Below, piece by piece: positions 47,195 to 55,965 of a stretch of DNA of 64,000 nucleotides (position 1 is its first letter; each line of letters starts with the position of its first letter). Origin of the DNA: Mesorhizobium carmichaelinearum (GTDB lineage Bacteria > Pseudomonadota > Alphaproteobacteria > Rhizobiales > Rhizobiaceae); NCBI GenBank assembly GCA_943370265.1, contig CALRQH020000025.1:1038-65037 (forward strand). Reading direction: 5' to 3'. The notes beneath the pieces were generated by a model, which saw nothing but the letters and a program-made list of their open reading frames with translations, was not told the DNA's origin and made no database searches. Both the position numbers and the translations under genes were made by a program.

Positions 47195-48115
47195 ATGGCT
47201 CATCTGTCTGCTGCAATTCGTCGGAACACACTCGGCGACGTGGAAATCCGTCTGCTTCGTGTCTTTATCGAAATCGTTCGCTGCAACGGGTTCTCGTCAG
47301 CACAGGCCAGCCTCGGCGTGAGTCAGGCTAGTATCTCCACTCAGATGCGACATTTGGAAGAGCGGCTCGGCGTCCGGCTTTGCGAAAGAGGGCGTAGCGG
47401 CTTTTTCCTGACCGACGAGGGGAAACATGTTCACTCGGCGGCGCTGGACCTCTTTGGCTCCATTGAACGGTTTCAAGGTGCGATCGGCGATGCGCAAGGC
47501 GAACTAATAGGCCGGCTTACCTTCGGCACTGTCGACGCGATGCAGACCAACGCCGAGCTTGCTCTGCATCGTGCAATAGGCGATTTCGCCCAGAAAGCTC
47601 CAGGGGTTCTACTGGATATCGACATCGCCGCGCCACAGGTGCTGTCGCAAGGACTTCTAAGCGGACGTTACCAAATCATACTAGCGCCCGCGCAAAAGCA
47701 TTTTTCGCATATGGACGCAATCGATGTCTTCTTAGAGCACCAGAACCTCTACTGCGGCCGCGGCTCGCCGTTGTTCGACATGCCGGACGACCCGCGGACG
47801 GACCACCTTCTTGCCGACCAGCCTTTTGCCGGACGCTCCTACATGCAGGAGGGGAAGGCGTGCGGCATCGATTTCCGCTGGAGTGCGGTAACGGCACATA
47901 TGGAAGGCACGATGCTTTTGCTATTGTCGGGTGCGTTTATCGGTTTTCTGCCCACCCATTACGCCAAGGATGCGGTGCGCGACGGGCGGCTACGGGTTCT
48001 GGCACCTGGTCGAGTGGAGTTCGACGACCAGTTTCAGATTGTCTATAGTCGGGAAAAGTCAAACCGCGCAGCCAAGCTACTGGCCACGGCTATCGTCCGA
48101 CAATGCCAAGCATGA
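47195..48115 (+). CDS. LysR-family transcriptional regulator
   Basis: LRVFIEIVRCNGFSSAQASLGVSQASISTQMRHLEERLGVRLCERGRSGFFLTDEG (HTH) plus a LysR substrate domain. Divergent from the ureohydrolase gene, as in gbuR/gbuA-type pairs. Confidence 0.9.
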   Translation: MAHLSAAIRRNTLGDVEIRLLRVFIEIVRCNGFSSAQASLGVSQASISTQMRHLEERLGVRLCERGRSGFFLTDEGKHVHSAALDLFGSIERFQGAIGDAQGELIGRLTFGTVDAMQTNAELALHRAIGDFAQKAPGVLLDIDIAAPQVLSQGLLSGRYQIILAPAQKHFSHMDAIDVFLEHQNLYCGRGSPLFDMPDDPRTDHLLADQPFAGRSYMQEGKACGIDFRWSAVTAHMEGTMLLLLSGAFIGFLPTHYAKDAVRDGRLRVLAPGRVEFDDQFQIVYSREKSNRAAKLLATAIVRQCQA

Positions 48116-48379
48116 ATCAGAAGGAGGTCGGCGCCATTGGCGCCAAGAGGTTCGAGTTTTGACAGGGCAAATCGATCCTCGTTGTCTTCAGATCCACACG
48201 CGCACTGCCCCTGGAAAGGCGGCGCCGCTAGAGTAGCAGAGAGGCCGCTCAGTCGTTTCGAGGGCGCTGGCTGGAAAGATACGTGTTCGGAATCCGTGGT
48301 TGATCGGGACGTCATAGTACTGAGCAAATGCGATTATGCCCAAGCGTGAAAGACCACAAGTGGTCACTCGACACATGCC

Positions 48380-48745
48380 TCAGTTAACGACACCACCTTT
48401 CCGGAATAAGACCACAAACCATTGATAAATATCATGAATCTGGTCATAGTGGTTTGACGCACAATGATCCCGCTCCATACCCGTCGGGCATGCTGGATCA
48501 GGCTGTGTTACGCTTTTATCAAAATTCGCATTGAAATGCGTGACTTGAGCCTTGCCAATGTAGTCGCGGCAATATGCGACTGCGTTCGCCTTGGTATGCT
48601 TGACGGTTATGGCTGCATGGGCGGAGCCGATGTCTGATTTGCTCACCACAGTGACCTCCATCCCTACGCGCGATCCATAGGCCAGAGTCTCCGCAAGAGC
48701 GCTCGTCGTAAAAATCAGCAGTGTGGCGGCAACGACTAGGCGCAT
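48380..48745 (-). CDS. Hypothetical small secreted protein (121 aa)
   Basis: SD tggag and signal peptide MRLVVAATLLIFTTSALA. Three Cys. Lower GC than its surroundings. Degenerate or partial copies of its tail occur at 23786-23870 and 63970-64000. Confidence 0.55.
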   Translation of the reverse strand: MRLVVAATLLIFTTSALAETLAYGSRVGMEVTVVSKSDIGSAHAAITVKHTKANAVAYCRDYIGKAQVTHFNANFDKSVTQPDPACPTGMERDHCASNHYDQIHDIYQWFVVLFRKGGVVN

Positions 48746-49027
48746 ACGAATCTCCAAAGGCGGGACCTCTCGCTCAGACTTGGCATAGGGAGTCATTTCG
48801 GCGACAGCAAATGCTGTGTTATTCTCGCGCACGGCTTCTTATGCTGCGAAAACTGTAGCAACAAGCCGCCCACGTTCACGACGCCAGTGCTTGGCCTGGA
48901 TTTGCACCCGACCACATTTGCAAGGTGTGGAATTACGTTCAGTGGGCTGGATTCAAGGCAAAGTGCCCGACATGGAATGAAGATGATCGACCCCTGTCAG
49001 CTGGCATCTGGGGCCTTTGCCTGGGTG

Positions 49028-49135
49028 CAAGGATGCGAGTTGGACCATGGCGAGGAAGCTGGTCGCGAGCTTGTCGTAGCAAGTCGCGACGTGGCGGAAG
49101 TGCTTCGGCTTGGAGAAGAAGCGCTCGATCAGGTA
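49028..49135 (-). mobile_element. IS5-family transposase C-terminal remnant
   Basis: YLIERFFSKPKHFRHVATCYDKLATSFLAMVQLASL matches the conserved C-terminal block (ERFFNK.K.FRR.ATRYDKLA.NFLA...LAS) of IS5/IS427-type transposases. Only 36 codons remain. Confidence 0.7.
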
Positions 49136-49572
49136 GTGGACCCGAAGCTGGCGCCCAAGACCTGGACCACGCTCGACCGCATCAATCAGGTCGTGAACGG
49201 CTACATCGTGCCCGCGAGCAATCTCGACCATTGGGGGATCACTGGGACCATCAGATCGACGGCAAGGGCGATTGCGAGATCTACGCGCTGTTCAAGCGCA
49301 AACTGCTTCTCGATGCCGGATTTCCGCGGCAGGCCTTGCTGATGACGGTTGTTTATGACCTGCATGGCGAAGGCCATGCCATCCTGACGGTGAAGACCGA
49401 CAAGGGCGATTTCATCCTCGACAATCTCGTGAACAACATCCGCTCATGGGACGCCACCGGCTACTATTTCCTCAAGCGCCAGTCGCAACAGGATCCCAAC
49501 ATCTGGGTATCGGTCAACGAGCGGGGCGATGCAGCTTTTGGATCCGGCAACAACCGCAAGGCGGCGAACTGA
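49133..49572 (+). pseudogene. Transglutaminase-like cysteine peptidase (BTLCP/LapG-type), N-terminally truncated and frameshifted
   Basis: VVDPKLAPKTWTTLDRINQVVNGYIVPASNLDHWG is in one frame. DHQIDGKGDCEIYALFKRKLLLDAGFPRQALLMTVVYDLHGEGHAILTVKTDKGDFILDNLVNNIRSWDATGYYFLKRQSQQDPNIWVSVN is in another, with the shift near 49235. It is collinear with residues of about 95-225 of the intact paralog at 56124-56843. The signal peptide and first 90 aa are replaced by the IS5 remnant. Confidence 0.8.
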
Positions 49573-49610
49573 TCCTGAGCCAAGCCACTGGCAACCGACC
49601 CTACGCCCGG

Positions 49611-51512
49611 TCAAACTGGAATCTGCCGGCCAATTTCGACAAGCCGATCATTGGGCACTTTCAGATAATCGCTCATCCGCGCCGAATTGCGGCTCATGGC
49701 TGCGAACGCCGCTCTTTGCCATGCGGGCAGTCCTTGGCCATCCTCGCGCGCCACGATGCTGGTACGACCGACATAGTAGGTGATATCCGACAGATCGACA
49801 GGACAGCCCGCCGCCATGCAGGATGCAAGAAGGCGCGGGACATCGGGCATTTCCATAAACCCGTATTTGGCTTCGACGCGCCAGAAATTGGGAGCTTCCT
49901 GATTGATGGTGAAGCGCTCTCCGTCGGCAACCCGTGGCACCGACAGAATGGACCACTGCAGCACGACCACACGTTCCTGCAGCGCGCGATTCAACGCCAC
50001 ATGCCAGACCATGACGGGTGGCACCCCTTTTGGGGAAAGCGTCAGGAATACCGCAGTACCGGGCACGCGCGCCACCGTGCCGGATTGCAGCTTGGCGAGG
50101 AACTCGTTCGTCGGGACCAGGGTGTGCTCGACACTTTTGTGCATGGCTTTCGTGCCGCGATGCCAGATCCACATGACCGCATAAACAGCAATCGCAATCG
50201 CAAGGGGCACATAACCGCCTTGAAAGAACTTGGTCATGTTGGCGGCGAAAAATGCACTGTCGACGATCAAGAACAGTCCGGCGATGCCGCCAGCGGCGAC
50301 GATACTCCACTGCCAGATTTCCCGCATGGCGATGAACAACAGAACGGAAGTCATCAGCATGGTCATCGAAACGGCGATGCCGTAAGCGGCGGCCAGATTG
50401 TCGGATTTGCCAAAGCCAATGGCCAGCGCCACGGTGGCGATCATCAGCAACCAGTTCACAGCGCCGACGTAGATCTGGCCAAAGCCTTCGGCCGATGTCT
50501 GCCTTATGTTGAAGCGCGGCATCCAGCCAAGCTGAATCGCCTGGCGTGTCATGGAAAACGCGCCGGTAATGATGGATTGGCTGGCAATGATGGTCGCGAT
50601 TGTCGCGAGCACAATGAGAGGCGTCAGCAACATGGGCGGGCAAAGGCGATAGAAAATATTGCCATCCGTCGGCGCGCCGTTCAGGACGATGGCGGCTTGG
50701 CCGATATAGTTGAGGATGAGACTCGGAAAGACCACGAAGTTCCAGGCGAGCCGGATCGGAACGGGGCCGAAATGCCCCATATCCGCGTAAAGCGCTTCGG
50801 CACCTGTGACGCACAGAAACACACCGCCAAGAACCAGGAAGCCACCCCAGCCACCTGAGGCCAGATACTTCAGCCCGTAGTAGGGATTGATAGCCACAAG
50901 AACGGCTGGATGCTGCAGAATTCCATAGATACCCATGGCAGCCATCACACCAAACCAGAACAGCATGATCGGCCCAAAGGCCCTGCCGATCCGGGCTGTC
51001 CCCAATGGTTGCAGCGCGAACAAGGCGACCAGGATAAAGACCGCGCCATAAAGCACCCAAGGTGTCAGGCTGGGCGTCACTTGTTCGACACCTTCAAGCG
51101 CCGAGAGAACCGAAATGGCCGGCGTGATCGCGCCGTCGCCGTAGATCAGCGCTGCGCCAAACAAGCCTGCCGCGACGATGACCGGGCGGTTCTGCTTCTT
51201 CACGCCGAGCAACGACATCAAAGCCAGGATGCCGCCTTCCCCATCATTGTCGATGCGCATGGCGAAATTGACGTATTTGACGGTGGTGACGATGATAAGC
51301 GTCCAGAGGATCAAGGAAACCGATCCCAGGATGGTGGTCGCGTCGGGCTTGCTGCCGGTCAGGTCAAGGACAGTCTTGAAGGTGTAAAGCGGGCTGGTTC
51401 CAATATCGCCGAAAACGATGCCCAGAGCCGCAAGACCGAGTAGTGGGATGCCCGCTTTGGCGGTGGCGTTTTTGGACAATCGACATCGCTCCAGATCGTG
51501 GCCGCTCATCAT
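49611..51512 (-). CDS. kup: KUP/HAK/KT-family potassium uptake transporter
   Basis: LGLAALGIVFGDIGTSPLYTFK is the N-terminal signature. 12-TM core plus a cytoplasmic C-terminal domain, 633 aa. An AGGAGG SD lies inside the 9-nt gap after the regulator stop. Confidence 0.9.
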   Translation of the reverse strand: MMSGHDLERCRLSKNATAKAGIPLLGLAALGIVFGDIGTSPLYTFKTVLDLTGSKPDATTILGSVSLILWTLIIVTTVKYVNFAMRIDNDGEGGILALMSLLGVKKQNRPVIVAAGLFGAALIYGDGAITPAISVLSALEGVEQVTPSLTPWVLYGAVFILVALFALQPLGTARIGRAFGPIMLFWFGVMAAMGIYGILQHPAVLVAINPYYGLKYLASGGWGGFLVLGGVFLCVTGAEALYADMGHFGPVPIRLAWNFVVFPSLILNYIGQAAIVLNGAPTDGNIFYRLCPPMLLTPLIVLATIATIIASQSIITGAFSMTRQAIQLGWMPRFNIRQTSAEGFGQIYVGAVNWLLMIATVALAIGFGKSDNLAAAYGIAVSMTMLMTSVLLFIAMREIWQWSIVAAGGIAGLFLIVDSAFFAANMTKFFQGGYVPLAIAIAVYAVMWIWHRGTKAMHKSVEHTLVPTNEFLAKLQSGTVARVPGTAVFLTLSPKGVPPVMVWHVALNRALQERVVVLQWSILSVPRVADGERFTINQEAPNFWRVEAKYGFMEMPDVPRLLASCMAAGCPVDLSDITYYVGRTSIVAREDGQGLPAWQRAAFAAMSRNSARMSDYLKVPNDRLVEIGRQIPV

Positions 51513-51521
51513 ACCTCCTGC

Positions 51522-51797
51522 TCAGAGGTACTTGGTAATTGCCTTGAACTCCTCGATCGGCGCCTTCGCCGCTTCGCCGTCGGCCCTAGCCGCACTGTCC
51601 AGGCAGTGATCGAGATGGTCGTGGATAAGCGTCTTCTTGGCGGACTGGACCGCTTTCTCCACGGCCTGCAGCTGCTGGGCAATCTCAAGGCAGTTCCGCC
51701 CCTCCTCTAGCATGGTGACAATGCTGCGAATGTGACCCTCGGCATTTTTGAGGCGCCTGATGATTTTCGGATGAGAAGCATGAACAGTGTGATTCAT
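51522..51797 (-). CDS. CsoR/RcnR/FrmR-family metal-sensing transcriptional repressor
   Basis: 91 aa. KIIRRLKNAEGHIRSIVTMLEEGRNCLEIAQQLQAVEKAV...LIHDHLDHCL. Ligand positions are His3, Cys36, His61 and Cys65. Confidence 0.85.
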   Translation of the reverse strand: MNHTVHASHPKIIRRLKNAEGHIRSIVTMLEEGRNCLEIAQQLQAVEKAVQSAKKTLIHDHLDHCLDSAARADGEAAKAPIEEFKAITKYL

Positions 51798-51807
51798 GAC
51801 TTGACCC

Positions 51808-51826
51808 TACCCTAGGGGGGAGGGTA
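51808..51826. promoter_or_regulatory. CsoR/RcnR-type operator candidate TACCCT-AGGGGGG-AGGGTA
   Basis: Inverted arms TACCCT/AGGGTA flank a G6-7 tract, 11-29 nt upstream of the regulator start codon. G/C-tract operators flanked by TA-containing inverted repeats are the known binding architecture of this family. Confidence 0.6.
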
Positions 51827-52416
51827 AGACAAGCTCATTGCCGTAATGGATGATTCCGTGGCGTCAATGAATCTGTCGATACCCCGGCCTACCGCCGGGC
51901 TCGATGCAATCAGCAAGGGATCACATGAACCCGCGATCTAGAAGCCAATCTCCGGAGTGCGACAGTAGGCGACTGCTGCCTGCCGCAACCACTCTGCCAG
52001 GTTGGTCCGCCGCCCGGGTCGTGCTTGTAACCGCCATGCCCTTCGCGCAAGTGCGCCTGGGCTAACGGCCAGGCCCTCCCGGGTTCGAGCAACCGCTTGA
52101 ACCAAAGAGAGGGCCATGACTGCCTTTCTCATCGTCGACACCAAACGGGCGCGCGTTGCGTCCGCGTTTCCGCGCGCTGCACTGCGGCTTGTGCGCGGGC
52201 CATCATTGCAATGCCCCCTTCCCCGCGCGGTGCCGACCGCGCGCTGGCAGATTGAGCCAGACGGGCGGCTGACTTGCCTATGGCAAACTGACGCGTAGCG
52301 CCCCCTTCAGCCTTACTGACTGACAAGCCGAGGCCGCGGCGGAGCTGCGTGTCCTCCCCTGCCGCTCGCTCCCCACGACAGCATCGCGGGGCCGTTCCTT
52401 CCGCTCGGAGACCATC

Positions 52417-54075
52417 ATGTCCCAAATTGTTCTTGGCGATCCCGTTCGCTCCGCTGTTCTCGACAGCGCCCATCTCGGTGATATCCATGGTGCGTTTGGC
52501 ACCATCTATCGAGACGATACCTTACATCGCCGTACCTGGAAGGCACGGCTTGCAACGTTGATGGCGATCATTGGCCCCGGCCTGATCGTCATGGTTGGCG
52601 ACAACGATGCCGGCGCCTTCGGCACCTACACCCAGGCCGGCCAGAACTACGGCACCGCTTTGCTTTGGACGCTGCTGCTGCTCGTGCCGGTGCTCTATGT
52701 GAATCAGGAGATGGTGGTCCGTCTCGGTGTTGTGACCGGGGTTGGCCATGCCCGCCTGATCCTCGAACGCTTCGGCAAGTTCTGGGGCGCATTCAGCGTC
52801 ATCGATCTGTTCATCCTGAACGGACTTACCATCGTTACCGAGTTCATCGGCATCAACCTGGCCCTCGGCTACCTCGGCATCCCGCGCGTGTGGGGTATCG
52901 TGGTTGCAGCCGGCATTGTCATTGCCGCGGCGAGCACTGGTAACTTCCGCCGCTTCGAGCGGTTTTCCCTGGCGCTGTGCTTCTTCAGCCTGCTGCTGGT
53001 GCCGATCTTCATGATGGTGCATCCGCCACTTGCCGAGGTCGGGCGTGATTTTGTGATCCCGCGCTTTCCGGCAGACGGGAAGCTCTCGGATGTCATGCTG
53101 CTGATCATCGCGATTGTCGGCACCACCGTGGCTCCCTGGCAGCTTTTCTTTCAGCAGAGCTACGTCATCGACAAGCGCATCACCCCGCGTTTCATGAACT
53201 ATGAGAAAGTGGATCTGATAATCGGCATCGTCTTCGTGGTGATTGGTGGGGTCGCCATGATGGCGTTCGCCGCTGCAGCATTCCAGGGCACACCCGGCTT
53301 CGGCCAGTTCACCGACGCCGGCGCTGTTGCCGCGGGTCTCGAGGCACATGCTGGCCGCGCCGCGGGCGTGATGTTCGCGCTCGCCTTGCTGGACGCCAGC
53401 ATCATCGGTGCATCCGCCGTGTCGCTGGCGACGGCCTACGCGATTGGCGATGTGCTCGCGCTGCGCCACTCCCTCCATCGCAAGGCGACCGACGCTCGCG
53501 GCTTCTACGCTGTCTATGCCGGATTGATCGCGGTGGCAGCGGCATTGGTGTTGTTCGGCAGTGACGCGCTGCTCGGCCTGCTGACCAATGCCGTGCAGAC
53601 GCTCGCCGGCGTATTGCTGCCGTCGGCAACCGTGTTCCTGCTGCTGCTTTGCAATGACAAGGCTGTCCTCGGACCATGGGTCAATGGGCGCTGGCTGAAC
53701 TTGTTCACCGGCGCGGTCATCTGGATACTGGTGATGCTGTCCATCATCCTGACCGCGGCCACGGTGTTCCCGGACATCTCCGGCGAGACGATCGTCATTG
53801 CCCTGGGCGGCGGCACGCTCTTGGGTATCGCCGGGTTCGCAGCCTTTGCGCTGCTTCGCAGGAATCGCGGCGAAACGACAACTGAGGAGAATGCATCCGG
53901 TTCCGCTCAGACACGGGCATCGCGAGTGACCTGGACGATGCCGCCACTCGACCAGCTCCCTCCACCAAAGCTGAGCCTGAGCAAGCGGCTTTGGATGGGC
54001 GTGTTGCGAGCCTACCTCGTGGCGGCTGTCGCTTTGGTTGCCTTCAAAGTCATCCAGATCGCGATTGGACAGTAG
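52417..54075 (+). CDS. NRAMP-related transporter with non-canonical metal-site residues
   Basis: It aligns with MntH through TM1 (IIGPGLIVMVGDNDAGAFGTYTQAGQNYGTALLW versus [25 protein letters not shown]) and TM6 (IVGTTVAPWQLFFQQS versus LGATIMPHVIYLHSS). DPGN becomes DAGA and MPH becomes APW. 552 aa with an extra C-terminal extension. Confidence 0.8.
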   Translation: MSQIVLGDPVRSAVLDSAHLGDIHGAFGTIYRDDTLHRRTWKARLATLMAIIGPGLIVMVGDNDAGAFGTYTQAGQNYGTALLWTLLLLVPVLYVNQEMVVRLGVVTGVGHARLILERFGKFWGAFSVIDLFILNGLTIVTEFIGINLALGYLGIPRVWGIVVAAGIVIAAASTGNFRRFERFSLALCFFSLLLVPIFMMVHPPLAEVGRDFVIPRFPADGKLSDVMLLIIAIVGTTVAPWQLFFQQSYVIDKRITPRFMNYEKVDLIIGIVFVVIGGVAMMAFAAAAFQGTPGFGQFTDAGAVAAGLEAHAGRAAGVMFALALLDASIIGASAVSLATAYAIGDVLALRHSLHRKATDARGFYAVYAGLIAVAAALVLFGSDALLGLLTNAVQTLAGVLLPSATVFLLLLCNDKAVLGPWVNGRWLNLFTGAVIWILVMLSIILTAATVFPDISGETIVIALGGGTLLGIAGFAAFALLRRNRGETTTEENASGSAQTRASRVTWTMPPLDQLPPPKLSLSKRLWMGVLRAYLVAAVALVAFKVIQIAIGQ

Positions 54076-54087
54076 ACGAAAAGCTCA

Positions 54088-54120
54088 GGCGCGTCCCAGA
54101 CCGACGGTCAGGGACGCGCC
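54088..54120 (+). terminator. 10-bp GC hairpin after the NRAMP-related gene
   Basis: ggcgcgtccc-N13-gggacgcgcc starts 13 nt after the stop codon. There is no U-tract. Confidence 0.35.
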
Positions 54121-54229
54121 GGGCGTCGGCTCTGTGCCCCCTAAGGCTGCAACCGTCCAACCGATGCCAGGCTGCCACGTACTGAGCTTGTCATAGTGCC
54201 GTCACATCGGGCCTGATAGGGACACCATC

Positions 54230-55897
54230 ATGATCGCGACCATCGCTCTCATCGAACTGGTCGGCTATGTGATTTTGCTTCTTTGGGGCATGCACATGGT
54301 CCAAAGCGGCGTTGTGCGCGCGTTCGGATCGGATCTTCGTCGAGTAATCGGACGTGCCTTGCCCAACCGTTTCGCGGCCGTTGGGGCCGGCCTTGTGGTG
54401 ACCACGCTGCTCCAGAGCAGCACCGCCACCGCCATGATGATCACCTCGCTCGCGGCAGACGGTATGGTGGCGTTGGTGCCAGCCCTCGCGGTCATGCTGG
54501 GCGCCAACATCGGCACCGCGTTGATCGTCAAGGTTCTTTCTTTCGACGTATCCTGGATCGCACCTCTGCTGCTCATTGCAGGTTACGTCGCCTTCCGGCG
54601 AGGAAGGAAGGGAATGATCCACGACCTAGGGCGTGTCGGCATCGGTCTTGGGTTGATGCTGCTAGGCCTTCATCAGCTGGTCCTGACCATCCAGCCGATC
54701 GAGAGCGCGCCGGTGCTGGCCGAAATTCTCGGTGCCCTGACCCGCGAGCCGCTGCTTGATCTCGCCCTCGCGGCATTGCTTACCTGGGCCGCGCATTCCA
54801 GCGTGGCGGTAATGTTGCTGCTCGCTTCGCTTGCCGCGGGCAACGTGATCACGCCGGTCGCAGCCATCGCGCTCGTGCTTGGCGCCAATCTCGGCGGCGC
54901 CATTCCGCCGGTACTCGAGTCTCCAAGCGCACAGCCAGCCAGCCGGCGGCTGCCGATCGGCAATCTCGCTTTCCGTGCGTTGGGGTGCATTGTAGCCTTG
55001 CCCTTCGCGCAGCCGATCGCTGCGACCCTGTTGAGTTTGAATCCGGATCCTGCGGCGTCCGTTGTCAACTTCCACATCGCGTTCAATCTGGTGTTGGCAA
55101 TCGTTTTCGTCGGCTTGCTCGGCCCCGCCGCCGGCGTCCTCACGCGAGCCTTGCCGGAGCAAAAGAAGAAAGCCGAGGACGTCACCCAGCCGCTCTATCT
55201 TGATGAAGCAGTACTGGACACGCCCTACCTCGCCCTGACCAATGCGTCGCGCGAGGTGCTGCGCATGGCTGACCTGGTGGACGCCATGCTGCGCCGTCTC
55301 CTGCGGGCGGTGACAGGAAACGACCTGGAGGCGATCAAGGAGCTCGTTCGCTCCGGCAAGGCGCTCGATCGGCTGCAAGAGGCGCTGAAAGCTTACCTGA
55401 CCCAGCTTGGCACTGATGGGTTGTCGGCGGCAGATGCCCAGCGCCATGGCCACGTGCTCGATTTTGCGGTCAATCTCGGCCATGCCGGTGACATCATCGA
55501 GCGGAGCCTCGCCGATGCGGCGGCCCGGAAGGCAAAACGCGGTCTTGTTCTGACAAAGGAAGATGAGAGTGACCTCCGGACCTTCCACGGCCGCGTGCTC
55601 GACGATCTCAAGCTGGCGGCCTCCACCTTCATGACCGAAGACGCAAGATCGGCACAGTCCCTACTTGATGCAAAGCGGCAGCTGAATGCCATGGAGCGCG
55701 CGTCCGGCCGCCATCACCTGACCAGATTGGAAGGCCGTTCTCCGGGAGGGCTTGAGGCCAGTACATTGCATCTTGCGATCCTGCGCGATCTGCGGCGCGT
55801 CAACTCGCATGTCTCTACCATCGCCTATGACGTCCTCGGCTTGGCCGATCCTCTGGAGAATCAGGAAGACGCGGCTGAACGCGTTTCGGTCGCGTAA
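54230..55897 (+). CDS. Na/Pi-cotransporter family protein with C-terminal PhoU-like repeats (NptA/YjbB-like)
   Basis: LLWGMHMVQSGVVRAFG...LLQSSTATAMM and the second repeat ...LTWAAHSSVAVMLL... form the duplicated Na_Pi_cotrans signature. The C-terminal approximately 200 aa are helical and PhoU-like. Confidence 0.85.
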   Translation: MIATIALIELVGYVILLLWGMHMVQSGVVRAFGSDLRRVIGRALPNRFAAVGAGLVVTTLLQSSTATAMMITSLAADGMVALVPALAVMLGANIGTALIVKVLSFDVSWIAPLLLIAGYVAFRRGRKGMIHDLGRVGIGLGLMLLGLHQLVLTIQPIESAPVLAEILGALTREPLLDLALAALLTWAAHSSVAVMLLLASLAAGNVITPVAAIALVLGANLGGAIPPVLESPSAQPASRRLPIGNLAFRALGCIVALPFAQPIAATLLSLNPDPAASVVNFHIAFNLVLAIVFVGLLGPAAGVLTRALPEQKKKAEDVTQPLYLDEAVLDTPYLALTNASREVLRMADLVDAMLRRLLRAVTGNDLEAIKELVRSGKALDRLQEALKAYLTQLGTDGLSAADAQRHGHVLDFAVNLGHAGDIIERSLADAAARKAKRGLVLTKEDESDLRTFHGRVLDDLKLAASTFMTEDARSAQSLLDAKRQLNAMERASGRHHLTRLEGRSPGGLEASTLHLAILRDLRRVNSHVSTIAYDVLGLADPLENQEDAAERVSVA

Positions 55898-55965
55898 GGA
55901 CCTCAACAACCAAGCTCCTGCTCGGTCCCGTTTTCCGTCCCAGTTTGGTCCGCTCAAACGACTGT

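Noticed and set aside
49446-51060. Two 470-aa ORFs (49446-50858 plus, 49648-51060 minus, alternative frame) overlapping kup.
   Set aside because: Only frame 49611-51512 gives the KUP signature and 12 hydrophobic helices. The others are Arg/His/Gly-rich shadows.
52020-52095. T-loop-like GGGTTCGAGC preceded by a hairpin, considered as a possible tRNA or tRNA-like element.
   Set aside because: No complementary T-stem 3' strand, acceptor stem or anticodon arm can be drawn.
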